Shown in pieces: positions 27,352-37,489 of a DNA stretch of 64,000 nucleotides. Both the position numbers and the translations under genes were made by a program. This stretch comes from Candidatus Poribacteria bacterium (GTDB lineage: Bacteria; Poribacteria; WGA-4E; WGA-3G): assembly GCA_963422705.1 (NCBI GenBank), contig OY730443.1:2697327-2761326 (forward strand). The letters run 5' to 3'. Each line of letters starts with the position of its first letter. The first letter of the stretch is position 1. The notes beneath the pieces were generated by a model. It had not been told where the DNA came from and made no database searches. It saw only the letters and a program-made list of their open reading frames with translations.

Positions 27352-30027
27352 ATGAAGCCACTTCGCCAATTGACTGTAGTCCCGGCCCTGCCTGAGAATC
27401 TCGAACCGCTACGTGAACTTGCCCTCAATCTATGGTGGACTTGGGAACGTGAGGCGTTAACACTTTTCGTTCACCTTGACACGGAACTTTGGGAAAAAAC
27501 TTATCACAATCCGATTGCGATGCTCAGTCAGATTTCTCAAAATCAATTAGAGGCCGCCGCTAAAAACGAAGCTTTTCTCGCTCGGCTTGAAGTCATTTAT
27601 AAAAAGTTTAAAGCCTATCTGACAACCCCTTCGTGGTTTGAAACCAATTTCGGAAAAGCGCGTCATCCGGTTGATGAAGCGCAGACAGATGAGGTTTCTG
27701 ACATTCAAATCGCCTACTTTTCAATGGAATATGGGCTGACAGAGTGCATGCGTCTCTATTCCGGTGGCTTGGGTATTCTTGCCGGGGACTATCTAAAATC
27801 AACGAGTTACTTGGGGCTGCCTTTCGTTGCAGTCGGGCTACTCTATCAACACGGCTATTTCCAGCAAAGGCTTTCATCGGACGGTTGGCAGATGGCGGAG
27901 TACCCTACCAATGATTTTTATCACATGCCGATTCAACAGGTACTGTCCGAAGATGGAACGCCCCTTCTCGTTGAAGTTGATTATCCGGAGGGTAAAGCGT
28001 TCGCAAAGATTTGGCTTGCTCAGGTTGGCCGCGTTCGGCTATATTTACTAGATACGAACATCCCCGAAAACCAAAACGATGCATTGCGCGCTATCACCGA
28101 TTATCTGTACGGCGGCGATGAAGAGATGCGCATCAAACAGGAAATTCTACTCGGTATTGGTGGGTACCGGGCCCTAACGCAATTGGGGATTTATCCGACC
28201 GTTTGTCACATGAACGAGGGGCATGCAGCATTCCTTGCTATTGAACGGATCCGGCACTTGATGCAAGAAACCGATATCCGCTTCGAAGAAGCGTGTGAAG
28301 CAACCAAGGCTGGAAATATCTTTACAACACACACACCGGTTCGCGCGGGGATTGATTGGTTTCAGCCGGATATGGTAAATTATTATTTCAGTGGGTATTA
28401 CAGTGCCCTTGGTATTTCAGAGGAGACGTTTCTCGGGTTAGGCAGAAACAATCCGTGCGATACCAATAGCGAATTCAGCCCAACACTGCTTGCAATACGG
28501 TTGTCCTCAATGTGCAACGCGGTGAGTCAGCTGCATGGCCGCGTTGCACGTAATATGTGGAAAATGCTCTGGCCCAGGCTCCCAGTGCATGAAATCCCAA
28601 TTGATGCAATTACCAATGGAATTCACACTCGCTCCTGGGTTTCAGAGGATATGCAGAGCCTCTTTGACCGGTACCTAGGCCCTCAATGGATTGTTGCTCT
28701 GACAGACCAGGGTGTATGGACGCAAATTGGGCGGATACCGGATACAGAGCTCTGGCGCACGCACGAACGACGACGAGAACGGCTTATTGCTTTTGCGCGG
28801 CAGCGGCAAGCTCACAAACGCGGAATAGCCGCCGGGCGTGATGCGCTAAATTCAAACCGATTGAATAGGCAAAACGATACTCCTGATACTAAAATACTCA
28901 ATTCGGCGGCATTAACCATCGGGTTCGCTCGCCGATTTGCAACCTATAAACGCGCAACACTGCTTTTCCAAGATGTCGACCGGCTTGACAAGATTCTCAA
29001 TAACCCAGAGAGGCCAGTTCAACTCATTTTCGCGGGAAAAGCACATCCGCATGACTACGAAGGAAAACGGTTCATACAGGACATCTGTCGTATCGCCGCA
29101 GAACCGAGGTTCCAGCATAAAATTGTTTTCATTGAAAATTACGATATCTGTGTTGGGCGCTACCTTGTTGAAGGGGTTGATGTCTGGCTCAACAATCCGT
29201 TACCCCCGAATGAAGCGAGTGGAACCAGCGGAATGAAAGCCGCTGCAAATGGCGGGCTTAACCTTAGCATCGCCGACGGATGGTGGGCAGAAGCGAATGA
29301 ATTAGGCGGGGGGTGGACAATTGACACAAGCCCTGCAGCCGCCGATTCGACATCAGTGGATGAGGTACATGCAAATGCTATATATGAGCTCCTTGAAAAT
29401 GAAATTGTGCCTCTCTTTTACCAACGCCACCCTGTCGACGATATACCCTACAAATGGGTTGAACGTATGAAGGATGCAATGCAGAACCTGTCACCCATTT
29501 TTAACACAAAACGAATGGTTTCGGAATATGCAGAGAAACTCTATTTTCCTGCACATCGCCGGTGGCGGTATCTCAATCAGGACGGGGCAAAGCGCAGCAG
29601 CGCATTGGCACACTGGAAATCTCACATCCGCAATCATTGGCATGGCATCCGGATTGAGGAAATCGAGGACGAGTCTGAAGGTTCAGCTCAAAAATCGATT
29701 GATGCGCAATCATACAGAAAAATTGAAAATACGGCGTTTGGTGTCGGAGAATCTTTAAAAGTGCAGGCAGTCATCTACACCGAGGCACTATTTCCACACG
29801 AACTGGCTGTCCAGATTTACCATGGTGTCCTCAACCAAGAGGGTGAAATTGAAAACGGAAACGTTAGCCCAATGACGTACCAAAGAGAACTCACCGGAGG
29901 TTCCTATCTTTTTGAAGGAACCCTCAATTTCCAAGAAACAGGGCTGCATGGTTATACATTGCGCGTTCTTCCGTATCATGAAGATTTGCATTCCCTACAT
30001 GAACTCGGACTCGTAGCTTGGGCATAG
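27352..30027 (+). CDS. glgP: Alpha-glucan (glycogen) phosphorylase
   Basis: YFSMEYG, YSGGLGILAGD, HMNEGH, FTTHTP, ARRFATYKR, EASGTSGMK (PLP lysine). Confidence 0.95.
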   Translation: MKPLRQLTVVPALPENLEPLRELALNLWWTWEREALTLFVHLDTELWEKTYHNPIAMLSQISQNQLEAAAKNEAFLARLEVIYKKFKAYLTTPSWFETNFGKARHPVDEAQTDEVSDIQIAYFSMEYGLTECMRLYSGGLGILAGDYLKSTSYLGLPFVAVGLLYQHGYFQQRLSSDGWQMAEYPTNDFYHMPIQQVLSEDGTPLLVEVDYPEGKAFAKIWLAQVGRVRLYLLDTNIPENQNDALRAITDYLYGGDEEMRIKQEILLGIGGYRALTQLGIYPTVCHMNEGHAAFLAIERIRHLMQETDIRFEEACEATKAGNIFTTHTPVRAGIDWFQPDMVNYYFSGYYSALGISEETFLGLGRNNPCDTNSEFSPTLLAIRLSSMCNAVSQLHGRVARNMWKMLWPRLPVHEIPIDAITNGIHTRSWVSEDMQSLFDRYLGPQWIVALTDQGVWTQIGRIPDTELWRTHERRRERLIAFARQRQAHKRGIAAGRDALNSNRLNRQNDTPDTKILNSAALTIGFARRFATYKRATLLFQDVDRLDKILNNPERPVQLIFAGKAHPHDYEGKRFIQDICRIAAEPRFQHKIVFIENYDICVGRYLVEGVDVWLNNPLPPNEASGTSGMKAAANGGLNLSIADGWWAEANELGGGWTIDTSPAAADSTSVDEVHANAIYELLENEIVPLFYQRHPVDDIPYKWVERMKDAMQNLSPIFNTKRMVSEYAEKLYFPAHRRWRYLNQDGAKRSSALAHWKSHIRNHWHGIRIEEIEDESEGSAQKSIDAQSYRKIENTAFGVGESLKVQAVIYTEALFPHELAVQIYHGVLNQEGEIENGNVSPMTYQRELTGGSYLFEGTLNFQETGLHGYTLRVLPYHEDLHSLHELGLVAWA

Positions 30028-30134
30028 GCTGATACGATATTGATAGGGGACACAATGGCTCTCAACAGGAGCGGAAATAACAGAGACAATTAAGAAATCT
30101 AAAGTTTCTTAATATGCGGCATTTAGGAAAACAG

Positions 30135-30743
30135 ATGACAGTAAACGATACAGACCCCCCCCGAGAAGCGGAAATTGTCCGAGAAACAGCAGAAACACGT
30201 ATCCGCCTCCGTCTCAAACTTGATGGGACGGGACGTTCCGATATTAAAATAGGCGTAGGATTCCTTGAGCACATGTTGGAACTCTTTTCCAAACACGGGT
30301 TTTTCGAACTTGAGGTTGAAGCCACCGGGGATTTACACGTGGATGCCCACCACACAACAGAGGATGTCGGTATTTGTCTCGGTATGGCACTCAACAAAGC
30401 CGTCGGAGATAAAGCCGGTATGCGGCGGTTCGGTAGCTTCACAGTACCGATGTACGAATCCCTAGCCCACGTCGACTTAGATGTTTGCGGACGTCCTTAC
30501 CTGCACTATAGGACACCACTCACGTCCGGTAAGGTTGGAGATTTTGATATTGAGCTAGTCGAAGAATTTTTTCATGGATTTGTCAATCATAGCAGGACAA
30601 CATTGCATGTCAACGTTCCTTACGGCACAAATCAACACCATATTATTGAAGCAATTTTTAAAGCGGTTGCAAAGGCATTAGATGTTGCGACTCACCTCGA
30701 CAAACAGATTACCGGCGTTCTTTCAACCAAAGGGAGTTTGTAA
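30135..30743 (+). CDS. hisB: Imidazoleglycerol-phosphate dehydratase
   Basis: RETAET, DAHHTTED, NQHHIIEAIFKA, STKGSL. Confidence 0.95.
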   Translation: MTVNDTDPPREAEIVRETAETRIRLRLKLDGTGRSDIKIGVGFLEHMLELFSKHGFFELEVEATGDLHVDAHHTTEDVGICLGMALNKAVGDKAGMRRFGSFTVPMYESLAHVDLDVCGRPYLHYRTPLTSGKVGDFDIELVEEFFHGFVNHSRTTLHVNVPYGTNQHHIIEAIFKAVAKALDVATHLDKQITGVLSTKGSL

Positions 30744-30823
30744 CCTTTAGCCCTTTAAATGAGTCCTAAGGCACAATAGACACAATATCCTTCACTGAAC
30801 TCTAGAGAAAAATGGGGAATTTC

Positions 30824-32116
30824 ATGAGCAAAGGGAACGTTATTGCAGTTATCCTTGGCGGTGGGCGCGGTGCCCGCCTATTTCCACTGACACGCGACAG
30901 GGCGAAACCGAGCGTCCCGATTGCAGGCAAATTTCGGTTGGTTGACATACCCATCAGTAACTGCTTCCACTCCGGACTAGAGCGAATCTATATTTTAACC
31001 CAATTCAACTCTGTCTCCTTGAACCGGCATATTGCACAGACATACCGGTTTGATACATATCGCCGCGGTTTTGTTCAAATTTTGGCAGCACAACAAACGT
31101 TGATGGGCGAGGAATGGTACCAAGGCACCGCGGATGCTGTCAAACACAATCAACCCTACATTCTAAATCCACGTTTTCCTGACGATTACGTGCTGATTCT
31201 TGCCGGTGACCATCTCTATCGGATGGATTATCGCAAAATGTTGCAGGTACATGCCGAGAAAAACGCCGACATCACGGTGGCTGTCATCCCTGTCACTGAA
31301 GGAGCGACGAAGGGGTTGGGCATTCTACAAGCAGATGCACAGGGGCGCATCGTCGATTTTGTGGAAAAGCCTGATACCCCAGAAGAACTACATCCACTAC
31401 GGGTTAAACCCGAGGTATTCACCTCGCGTGGGATACAATCTCGCGGCAGAGAATATATCGCTTCCATGGGAATCTATATTTTTAACCGGGCAGTGTTGCA
31501 AGAAGTTCTCCAAGATGAATCAAACGTAGACTTCGGCCAGGATATTATTCCAAAATCAATCGGGCACCGGCACGTTGCGGCATATTTTTTTGATGGGTAT
31601 TGGGAGGATATTGGTACCATCCGTTCGTTTTATTCGGCAAATATTGCGCTCACTGATGTTGCACCTGCATTCAATTTTTACGATGAACAGGCACCTATCT
31701 ACACAAATCGCCGTCATTTACCCAGTACGAAAGTCAATAGCAGTAGTATCCGTTCCTCTATTCTTGCCGAGGGTTCAATCATTGATGACTCGGAACTGGA
31801 CAGAACAATTGTGGGGATACGGAGCATCATCTCCACCAGCAGTCGAATTTACCAATCCGTGTTGATGGGTGCGGACTACTATGAGTCAGATGAACTCAAG
31901 GTAGAAAATGCGATATCAGGAACGCCGAATGTCGGGATAGGGCGCGGCTGTCTCATTCAGAATGCAATTATTGACAAGAATGCGCGTATCGGTGAGAATT
32001 CCTTGTTAGTCAACCGGGACAATATTGATAATTACGATGGCGATAATTACTACATTCGGGACGGGATTATTATTGTGCCCAAAGAGGCGACAATTCCGCC
32101 AGAAACACAGGTTTAA
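30824..32116 (+). CDS. glgC: Glucose-1-phosphate adenylyltransferase (ADP-glucose pyrophosphorylase)
   Basis: ILGGGRGARLFPLT.DRAKP, TQFNSVSL, WYQGTADAV, FVEKP, YWEDIGT, IIDKNARIG. Confidence 0.95.
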   Translation: MSKGNVIAVILGGGRGARLFPLTRDRAKPSVPIAGKFRLVDIPISNCFHSGLERIYILTQFNSVSLNRHIAQTYRFDTYRRGFVQILAAQQTLMGEEWYQGTADAVKHNQPYILNPRFPDDYVLILAGDHLYRMDYRKMLQVHAEKNADITVAVIPVTEGATKGLGILQADAQGRIVDFVEKPDTPEELHPLRVKPEVFTSRGIQSRGREYIASMGIYIFNRAVLQEVLQDESNVDFGQDIIPKSIGHRHVAAYFFDGYWEDIGTIRSFYSANIALTDVAPAFNFYDEQAPIYTNRRHLPSTKVNSSSIRSSILAEGSIIDDSELDRTIVGIRSIISTSSRIYQSVLMGADYYESDELKVENAISGTPNVGIGRGCLIQNAIIDKNARIGENSLLVNRDNIDNYDGDNYYIRDGIIIVPKEATIPPETQV

Positions 32117-32319
32117 GAAGCGTAAACGCGCTCTGCCTGAAGGCGTTTGGCGGATATGAAGCGTGCCCACCCTTCACCGGCGCCACAGGAGGATTTCGGC
32201 GCCTGGACTTCATGCCGCGCGGAGAAGCGCTGAATCTCTTTTTTGTTCTGATATCGGGCACGAGGTGTCTTAACCCGTCTACATTCCGTTAGAAATCGTA
32301 TAGAAAAGGAGAAGTACTC

Positions 32320-33099
32320 ATGGATAAAATGCTCATGTTTTTAACGCTGAGTCTGTTTGCAATATCGTCGTCCGTCAGGGCACTAGATACAGATGGACTC
32401 GTCGGGGTATGGCTAATGGATGAAGGGAAAGGCGAAGCGGTTACCGATTCCTCCGGTAACGGTTTGGATGGCAAAATCGCGCAAGGAAAGCCAAAATGGG
32501 TGAAGGGAAAATTTGGTGGGGCCATGGAGTTTAACGGTAGCGATATGGTGACAGTGCCCGATGACGATGCGCTTGACATCGAGAATTTTACGCTCGCCGC
32601 CTGGGTGAACATCCCTAAAATTTCCGGAGCGTGGCAAATCATTGCGTCCAAGGAGACGCGCAACCCTACCGGGCGCAACTACGGACTATTCGGCAATATC
32701 AACACCGGCGTTGTCCACTACTCCTTCACTAGCAACGCAGGGTGGCAATCCTTTGATGCCGCAACCCCTGTCACCGATGGCGATTGGCATCATGTTGCCG
32801 GGACTTATGACGGTTCCGACTTCAAACTCTATCTTAATGGAGAAATCGATGCACAAGTTTCGCCCGGTACAAAACCGGATACCAGCGATAACCTCCTCTT
32901 TATCGGCGGATGCGACATCGGTAATTACTGGATGAGCGGGACAATTGACGAGGTGGTTCTCTATGATAGGGCCCTCGACGAAAAGGAAATCACCGAATTA
33001 ATAGAAGACGGTATGTCGGTAACCTTGGACGTCCACCCCGGTGGGAAACTTGGGACGACATGGGGGGAAATAAAGGAAAAATTGACGCCGGATTCATAA
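32320..33099 (+). CDS. Secreted LamG/concanavalin-like domain protein
   Basis: Signal peptide, WLMDEGKG..DSSGNG, WHHVAGTYDG, GTIDEV; C-terminal GGKLGTTWGEIK. Confidence 0.9.
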   Translation: MDKMLMFLTLSLFAISSSVRALDTDGLVGVWLMDEGKGEAVTDSSGNGLDGKIAQGKPKWVKGKFGGAMEFNGSDMVTVPDDDALDIENFTLAAWVNIPKISGAWQIIASKETRNPTGRNYGLFGNINTGVVHYSFTSNAGWQSFDAATPVTDGDWHHVAGTYDGSDFKLYLNGEIDAQVSPGTKPDTSDNLLFIGGCDIGNYWMSGTIDEVVLYDRALDEKEITELIEDGMSVTLDVHPGGKLGTTWGEIKEKLTPDS

Positions 33100-33198
33100 A
33101 ATTTCTAGCGGGCGGAATTCAATACGCGCGCACCACCCCGCTTCAACCGCTTGAACACTAGCAGGAAAACGCGAACAATTGGAAGGTTAACAGTTAAG

Positions 33199-33477
33199 AT
33201 GTCTGAATTAAGACAGAAACTCTTAGTGCTGTATTTACATACACCGGAACTAAACAGCAGTGTTGTCGCCTGGGCCATCTACGATGGAACAGGGACTGTC
33301 AAACATACCACCGGGGACAGCAATACCCCTCCATATAACTCAGTTCTTGAGGCGATGAAAGAGGGGTGGCGCGTCATTCAATTCCCACAACAATTCCCTG
33401 CCTATCCCGGCATGGAATATCACACTTCATATCTCAGATTTGAGTACATTCTGGAGAAATTGGAGGCAATTCAATGA
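33199..33477 (+). CDS. Hypothetical protein coupled to the PhyH gene
   Basis: ATGA overlap with the next gene; PYNSVLEAMKEGWRVIQFP. Confidence 0.7.
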   Translation: MSELRQKLLVLYLHTPELNSSVVAWAIYDGTGTVKHTTGDSNTPPYNSVLEAMKEGWRVIQFPQQFPAYPGMEYHTSYLRFEYILEKLEAIQ

Positions 33478-34292
33478 GTGACAAACAGCATTTGCTCACG
33501 ACAGAACAGATGGCGAATTTCGTATCCGACGGGTACCTCCGCTTTGATGAATTAATCCCGCGCGAATTAAACGAGGCGGCGCATGCGGAAATGGAAGCTG
33601 GGGTGATTGTCCGCGGGGGAGCCGGCACGGTTTTAGACGAGGTTTGGGATGATGATTCCGCTGTTGCGAAGGTTTTCCGGATGCCCAAAGTGCGGGGGAT
33701 TCTCCACAGCCTTGTCGGCCCGTCGCCCCTCTATGATCACCATGCCGTGCATATCGTCCGTCCTCAGAACGAGATGGGGCAAATTTGGCACGCCGACGCA
33801 ATCATCGATTTGCGGATGCACTTTGACATCCAATTCTTCTATTTTTCGCACGATACGCCGCGCGAAATGGGCGGTACGATGATTCTTCCAGGCAGCCACT
33901 ATCGCCGCGTATGCGAAACCGACATCGCCCGCTACCAAAACTTCCTCGGGCAACTTCCTGTCGTCTGTAAGGCGGGTACCCTGCTAGTCGTACATCACGG
34001 AATGTGGCACTGCGCCCAACCGAATCTAACCGAGCAGACACGCTATATGTTTAAACTTAGGCTCAACCCAACCGTCCGTCAACTCCGCCTTTGGAATACG
34101 GATGATATAGAAACCGCACCAATCCACGGTATTCTCGGACGGAACCATAGATGGTATGGAAATGATGTGAGGCTCGAAATCGTTAACCGCATCAAGCAGT
34201 GGCGCTTCCTCATCGGCGATAAATCGTTTGATGTGAGTTACTGGTTATCTCGGCTTGAAAATATGCCTGAGAACACGCGCGACGTCGCCTAA
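33474..34292 (+). CDS. Phytanoyl-CoA dioxygenase (PhyH) family protein
   Basis: FVSDGYL, WHAD (HxD), GGTMILPGSH, GMWHCA, RYMFK. Confidence 0.88.
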   Translation: MSDKQHLLTTEQMANFVSDGYLRFDELIPRELNEAAHAEMEAGVIVRGGAGTVLDEVWDDDSAVAKVFRMPKVRGILHSLVGPSPLYDHHAVHIVRPQNEMGQIWHADAIIDLRMHFDIQFFYFSHDTPREMGGTMILPGSHYRRVCETDIARYQNFLGQLPVVCKAGTLLVVHHGMWHCAQPNLTEQTRYMFKLRLNPTVRQLRLWNTDDIETAPIHGILGRNHRWYGNDVRLEIVNRIKQWRFLIGDKSFDVSYWLSRLENMPENTRDVA

Positions 34293-34328
34293 ATCATTGA
34301 CGCTAGCGCAGAACACCTCATTTAAATG

Positions 34329-34359
34329 TTGTAGGCGCGCTAAAAAAACGCGCCTACAA
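34329..34359. repeat. GTAG-type REP-like palindrome / possible bidirectional terminator
   Basis: ttgtaggcgcg-ctaaaaaaa-cgcgcctacaa between convergent genes. Confidence 0.65.
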
Positions 34360-34458
34360 GAACAATCCCTGACATTCGTGATAACTCCGGAACGCGCAGC
34401 ATCGTAGCCAAAGGCTGCCTCCATCATATTGAGATATTATCGGAACACCGCCAAAAAC

Positions 34459-35337
34459 CTAGCGTCCGCGGCCTCTATCTCCGCGCCTTCTACGGGCTTC
34501 AGTCCGTCTGATTTCCACCCGTTCTCGCCTCTTTGATTGTTTTTCCTTGAATTCCATCATCATCCGTTTGCGCTCTTCTTGGGAAGCGTTTTTAAATTTC
34601 GCCGCGAGTTCCTTACGCATCTTTTCCATCGACTCCCCCTGATTCCCTGAGCTCATCCTGATATCGCCTTTTTCGTCTCCTCTATTTTCACCCACCTTTT
34701 CCGAGCGTGTGTCGCGTCTGCTTGAACTATAACGCGATGCTGAGAGAAACTGCAGGCCGCCTCCGCTTAGCCTCATCTGTTTTCCCGCCTTATCCAATAT
34801 AACCGTTTTCGATTGGATATCCTTGACGGTTACATCACCGAGTGATTCCCCGACGCTCAGAACGGAATACCGATTCGAGCGCTTCTCCAAGATAATCGCT
34901 TGTGCGATGGCGTTGCTTTCATCAATAACAGTGCCAATCAACGAGTACTCCGGCTCAACCTTTCTCGGAACCCAACCGAGCGGCCGAAAAAGATTGTTGT
35001 CAATAATAACTTGATAAAATGCGGCGTGTTTACCGTAGTCAACCCCGCCACCGCTTCGACGGGTCCGTAAACGTGCTCGTTGTGACACAGCTTTTTTATT
35101 TTCGATGGTATTTCTCTTCTCTGCCATCGTCTCCTGTTCTATTTCCGCTATGTCCTTTAGTGACTCATCGCCCAAATTAGGTTTTGTGGCAATCACATCT
35201 CTCTTTGTCCGCTCCTGCGCCTGGATGCACAGGGCAAAAATCAGAAATAGGCATATCGCACAGCCGAACCCAATTCGAAATATTTGTCGTGAGCCGCCAA
35301 TTTTCAATCCCGAATTCATTTTTCCTCCTATCCCCAT
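34459..35337 (-). CDS. Membrane-anchored protein with GspC/PilP-like domain and charged tail
   Basis: N-terminal TM; NNLFRP..LIGTVI..AIIL..VGESLGDVTVKDIQSKTVILDKAGK. Confidence 0.6.
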   Translation of the reverse strand: MGIGGKMNSGLKIGGSRQIFRIGFGCAICLFLIFALCIQAQERTKRDVIATKPNLGDESLKDIAEIEQETMAEKRNTIENKKAVSQRARLRTRRSGGGVDYGKHAAFYQVIIDNNLFRPLGWVPRKVEPEYSLIGTVIDESNAIAQAIILEKRSNRYSVLSVGESLGDVTVKDIQSKTVILDKAGKQMRLSGGGLQFLSASRYSSSRRDTRSEKVGENRGDEKGDIRMSSGNQGESMEKMRKELAAKFKNASQEERKRMMMEFKEKQSKRRERVEIRRTEARRRRGDRGRGR

Positions 35338-35637
35338 CTACGCTGATTGCAGGTATAACCAGAAAGAATAATTCTGACAACCACAACAGACAGAGCTTCA
35401 CACCCAGATACCGTTTTAGCACAATCTACAAAGCAAAAAGTTGAACGGGCCCGTTACAAAAAATTTCGTCACAACACCCCATCTGATTATATCACATTCC
35501 TTGTCAGAAGTCAAATCTGAAACAAAACAGATGATTATCGCCACCTATAGAAGCTAACAAAAAACCGTTGACTTTCAACGAGAGATACGTTACACTTTAA
35601 GGATAATCGGCTCTATCTAACTCAAAGGAAAAACATC

Positions 35638-36168
35638 ATGAAACATCAAAGATGTCTAGCACTCGCGTGCTGTTGCGCATTCACCTTGTTAATAACGAGT
35701 GGACATGCAGAGGCATTCAGACGCTCGCGTGTGTTAACGGCTGTCCTGTTTGCCGCCGGCACGAGCCTCCATTTCGGGGGCAGTTTGCTCAAGGGTTCCG
35801 CACAAAATCGTTACGACGATTATCTCAACGCCGCAATTCAAGCCGATATCCAAGAACGTAGAAGTGCATATCTCGCAAGACGAAATGCCAGTAACATCAT
35901 GTCACGCGTTGGGTTCGGGTGTATCGGATTCGCTGTACTTTTCTCAATCTCTAGCCAATTGAACGCCGAGACAAACGCTTCGGATTCGGAAAATGCACTG
36001 AAAAATCCAGAAAAAGGGTTTCTCAAAGGGTGGCAAACTCACACGACGGTTGCAGCAAATCGCTCTTACAGAAACTCGCACAGCATACTTCAAATCGTAA
36101 ACAGAATACGGCCCCACTATGATTGGCAAACGCGAAAAACAAGCCTAACCTTCCGGCACATTTTCTAA
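35638..36168 (+). CDS. Hypothetical exported/membrane protein
   Basis: Promoter TTGACT-17-TACACT and RBS aagga upstream; hydrophobic segments. Confidence 0.65.
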   Translation: MKHQRCLALACCCAFTLLITSGHAEAFRRSRVLTAVLFAAGTSLHFGGSLLKGSAQNRYDDYLNAAIQADIQERRSAYLARRNASNIMSRVGFGCIGFAVLFSISSQLNAETNASDSENALKNPEKGFLKGWQTHTTVAANRSYRNSHSILQIVNRIRPHYDWQTRKTSLTFRHIF

Positions 36169-36262
36169 AGGAAAAACGCCAATGCATTTCTCCCAATTTG
36201 CAATTTTGAAATTCCGAGTCCTACAGCCTGTTTCCCCACCGTCGCGAGTACAAAAGAGAGAC

Positions 36263-37372
36263 ATGAACGCGAAGAACCCCCGGCTTGAGACGCTATCCCC
36301 CAAAATAACAATACCCCTCCTGCTCATTTGCGCGACACTAACGGCTTCTTGTACGAATAGTGATGATTTCACGAACCCACTGGACCCCGAGAACCTCCGC
36401 ACCGCAGGCGCGCCCGACGGACTCACCCTTTACGCCGGCGACAGGCAAGTGCGGGTGACATGGAACGATACAGGACAGGAAGGGACTAAGGCTTACCGAA
36501 TTTACCGCCGTTCTGTCGACACTGATGAGTTCACAAAAGTCGGCACCGTTGAAGCGCCGGCAAACGAGTTTATTGATACCCGAAATCTGGAAAATGATCG
36601 ACGCGATGAGCTGGGACGGGTTCTCGCCTATGAATATCGCATCTCCCATATAGATATCAACGGCGTTGAAACACCAGAGCCGAATAACCCACCAAGCGAG
36701 ACTGAAGAACCACGACGCCTATGGCAAACCGCTTTCGCCACACCGAGTGTCCCACCACCAGTACCCGTTGTAACCCTTGGGGAACCAACAGATCTCACCG
36801 TTAAACTCTTTTGGGAAGATTACGTGCTCCCTCATGATTTCTCAATCTTTCGCGTTTATGCAGCACGTGACACAGACAGTGATAAACCCCTAAAATTTAA
36901 ACTTATTGCTGAACCGAAACGAGATAAACGCTTCTATTTTGACTTTGATTTTGAGGCGGATGGCACCCGAAAAGTCTATCGTATTGCCGCCGCCGATGAA
37001 TTTGGGGCAGAGGGCGTCACCACACTCAGTGTGACATCCCCGAATTTGCCACCCGCACCCCCTAAAGACGTCCGGGTACGCTACCAGCCGCGCTCCTTGT
37101 TTAACACAAAATACGATGCCGTCATTTCCTGGAAACCTAACCGCGAATCCGACCTCGACGGCTATCAACTCTATACTGCAGACGCGGAAGGTAGTCTTCT
37201 TCCACGGCCAGCCGTTGGCCCGAAAGAACGCAGCTTCACCATACCCGGCGAAGACCCAATTCTCGTTGGCCAATCTCTGGAATTTAGGCGATACTATATA
37301 ACAGCTTACGATGACACCCCCGGCCCAGATGGACGCCGAGATGAGAGTGCCTTAGTTGAGGCACGCCCCTAG
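36263..37372 (+). CDS. Lipoprotein with fibronectin type III-like domains
   Basis: Lipobox TASC; NPLDPEN; VTWND..YRIYR; YEYRI; ISWKPN.ESDLDGYQLY. Confidence 0.75.
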   Translation: MNAKNPRLETLSPKITIPLLLICATLTASCTNSDDFTNPLDPENLRTAGAPDGLTLYAGDRQVRVTWNDTGQEGTKAYRIYRRSVDTDEFTKVGTVEAPANEFIDTRNLENDRRDELGRVLAYEYRISHIDINGVETPEPNNPPSETEEPRRLWQTAFATPSVPPPVPVVTLGEPTDLTVKLFWEDYVLPHDFSIFRVYAARDTDSDKPLKFKLIAEPKRDKRFYFDFDFEADGTRKVYRIAAADEFGAEGVTTLSVTSPNLPPAPPKDVRVRYQPRSLFNTKYDAVISWKPNRESDLDGYQLYTADAEGSLLPRPAVGPKERSFTIPGEDPILVGQSLEFRRYYITAYDDTPGPDGRRDESALVEARP

Positions 37373-37489
37373 TTTTTCGGGCCTGTTTTCAACTCGTTAT
37401 GCTTTAACTTTAGCATGCTTCATCACAAAAAGCCGCTGACGCAACCGTGTTTAAGAACAAATACAAAAAACTCGAAAAAGGATACATCT

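Noticed and set aside
32117-32300. Riboswitch or ncRNA before the LamG gene
   Set aside because: Only short GC pairings (ggcgcc twice); no family consensus recognised.
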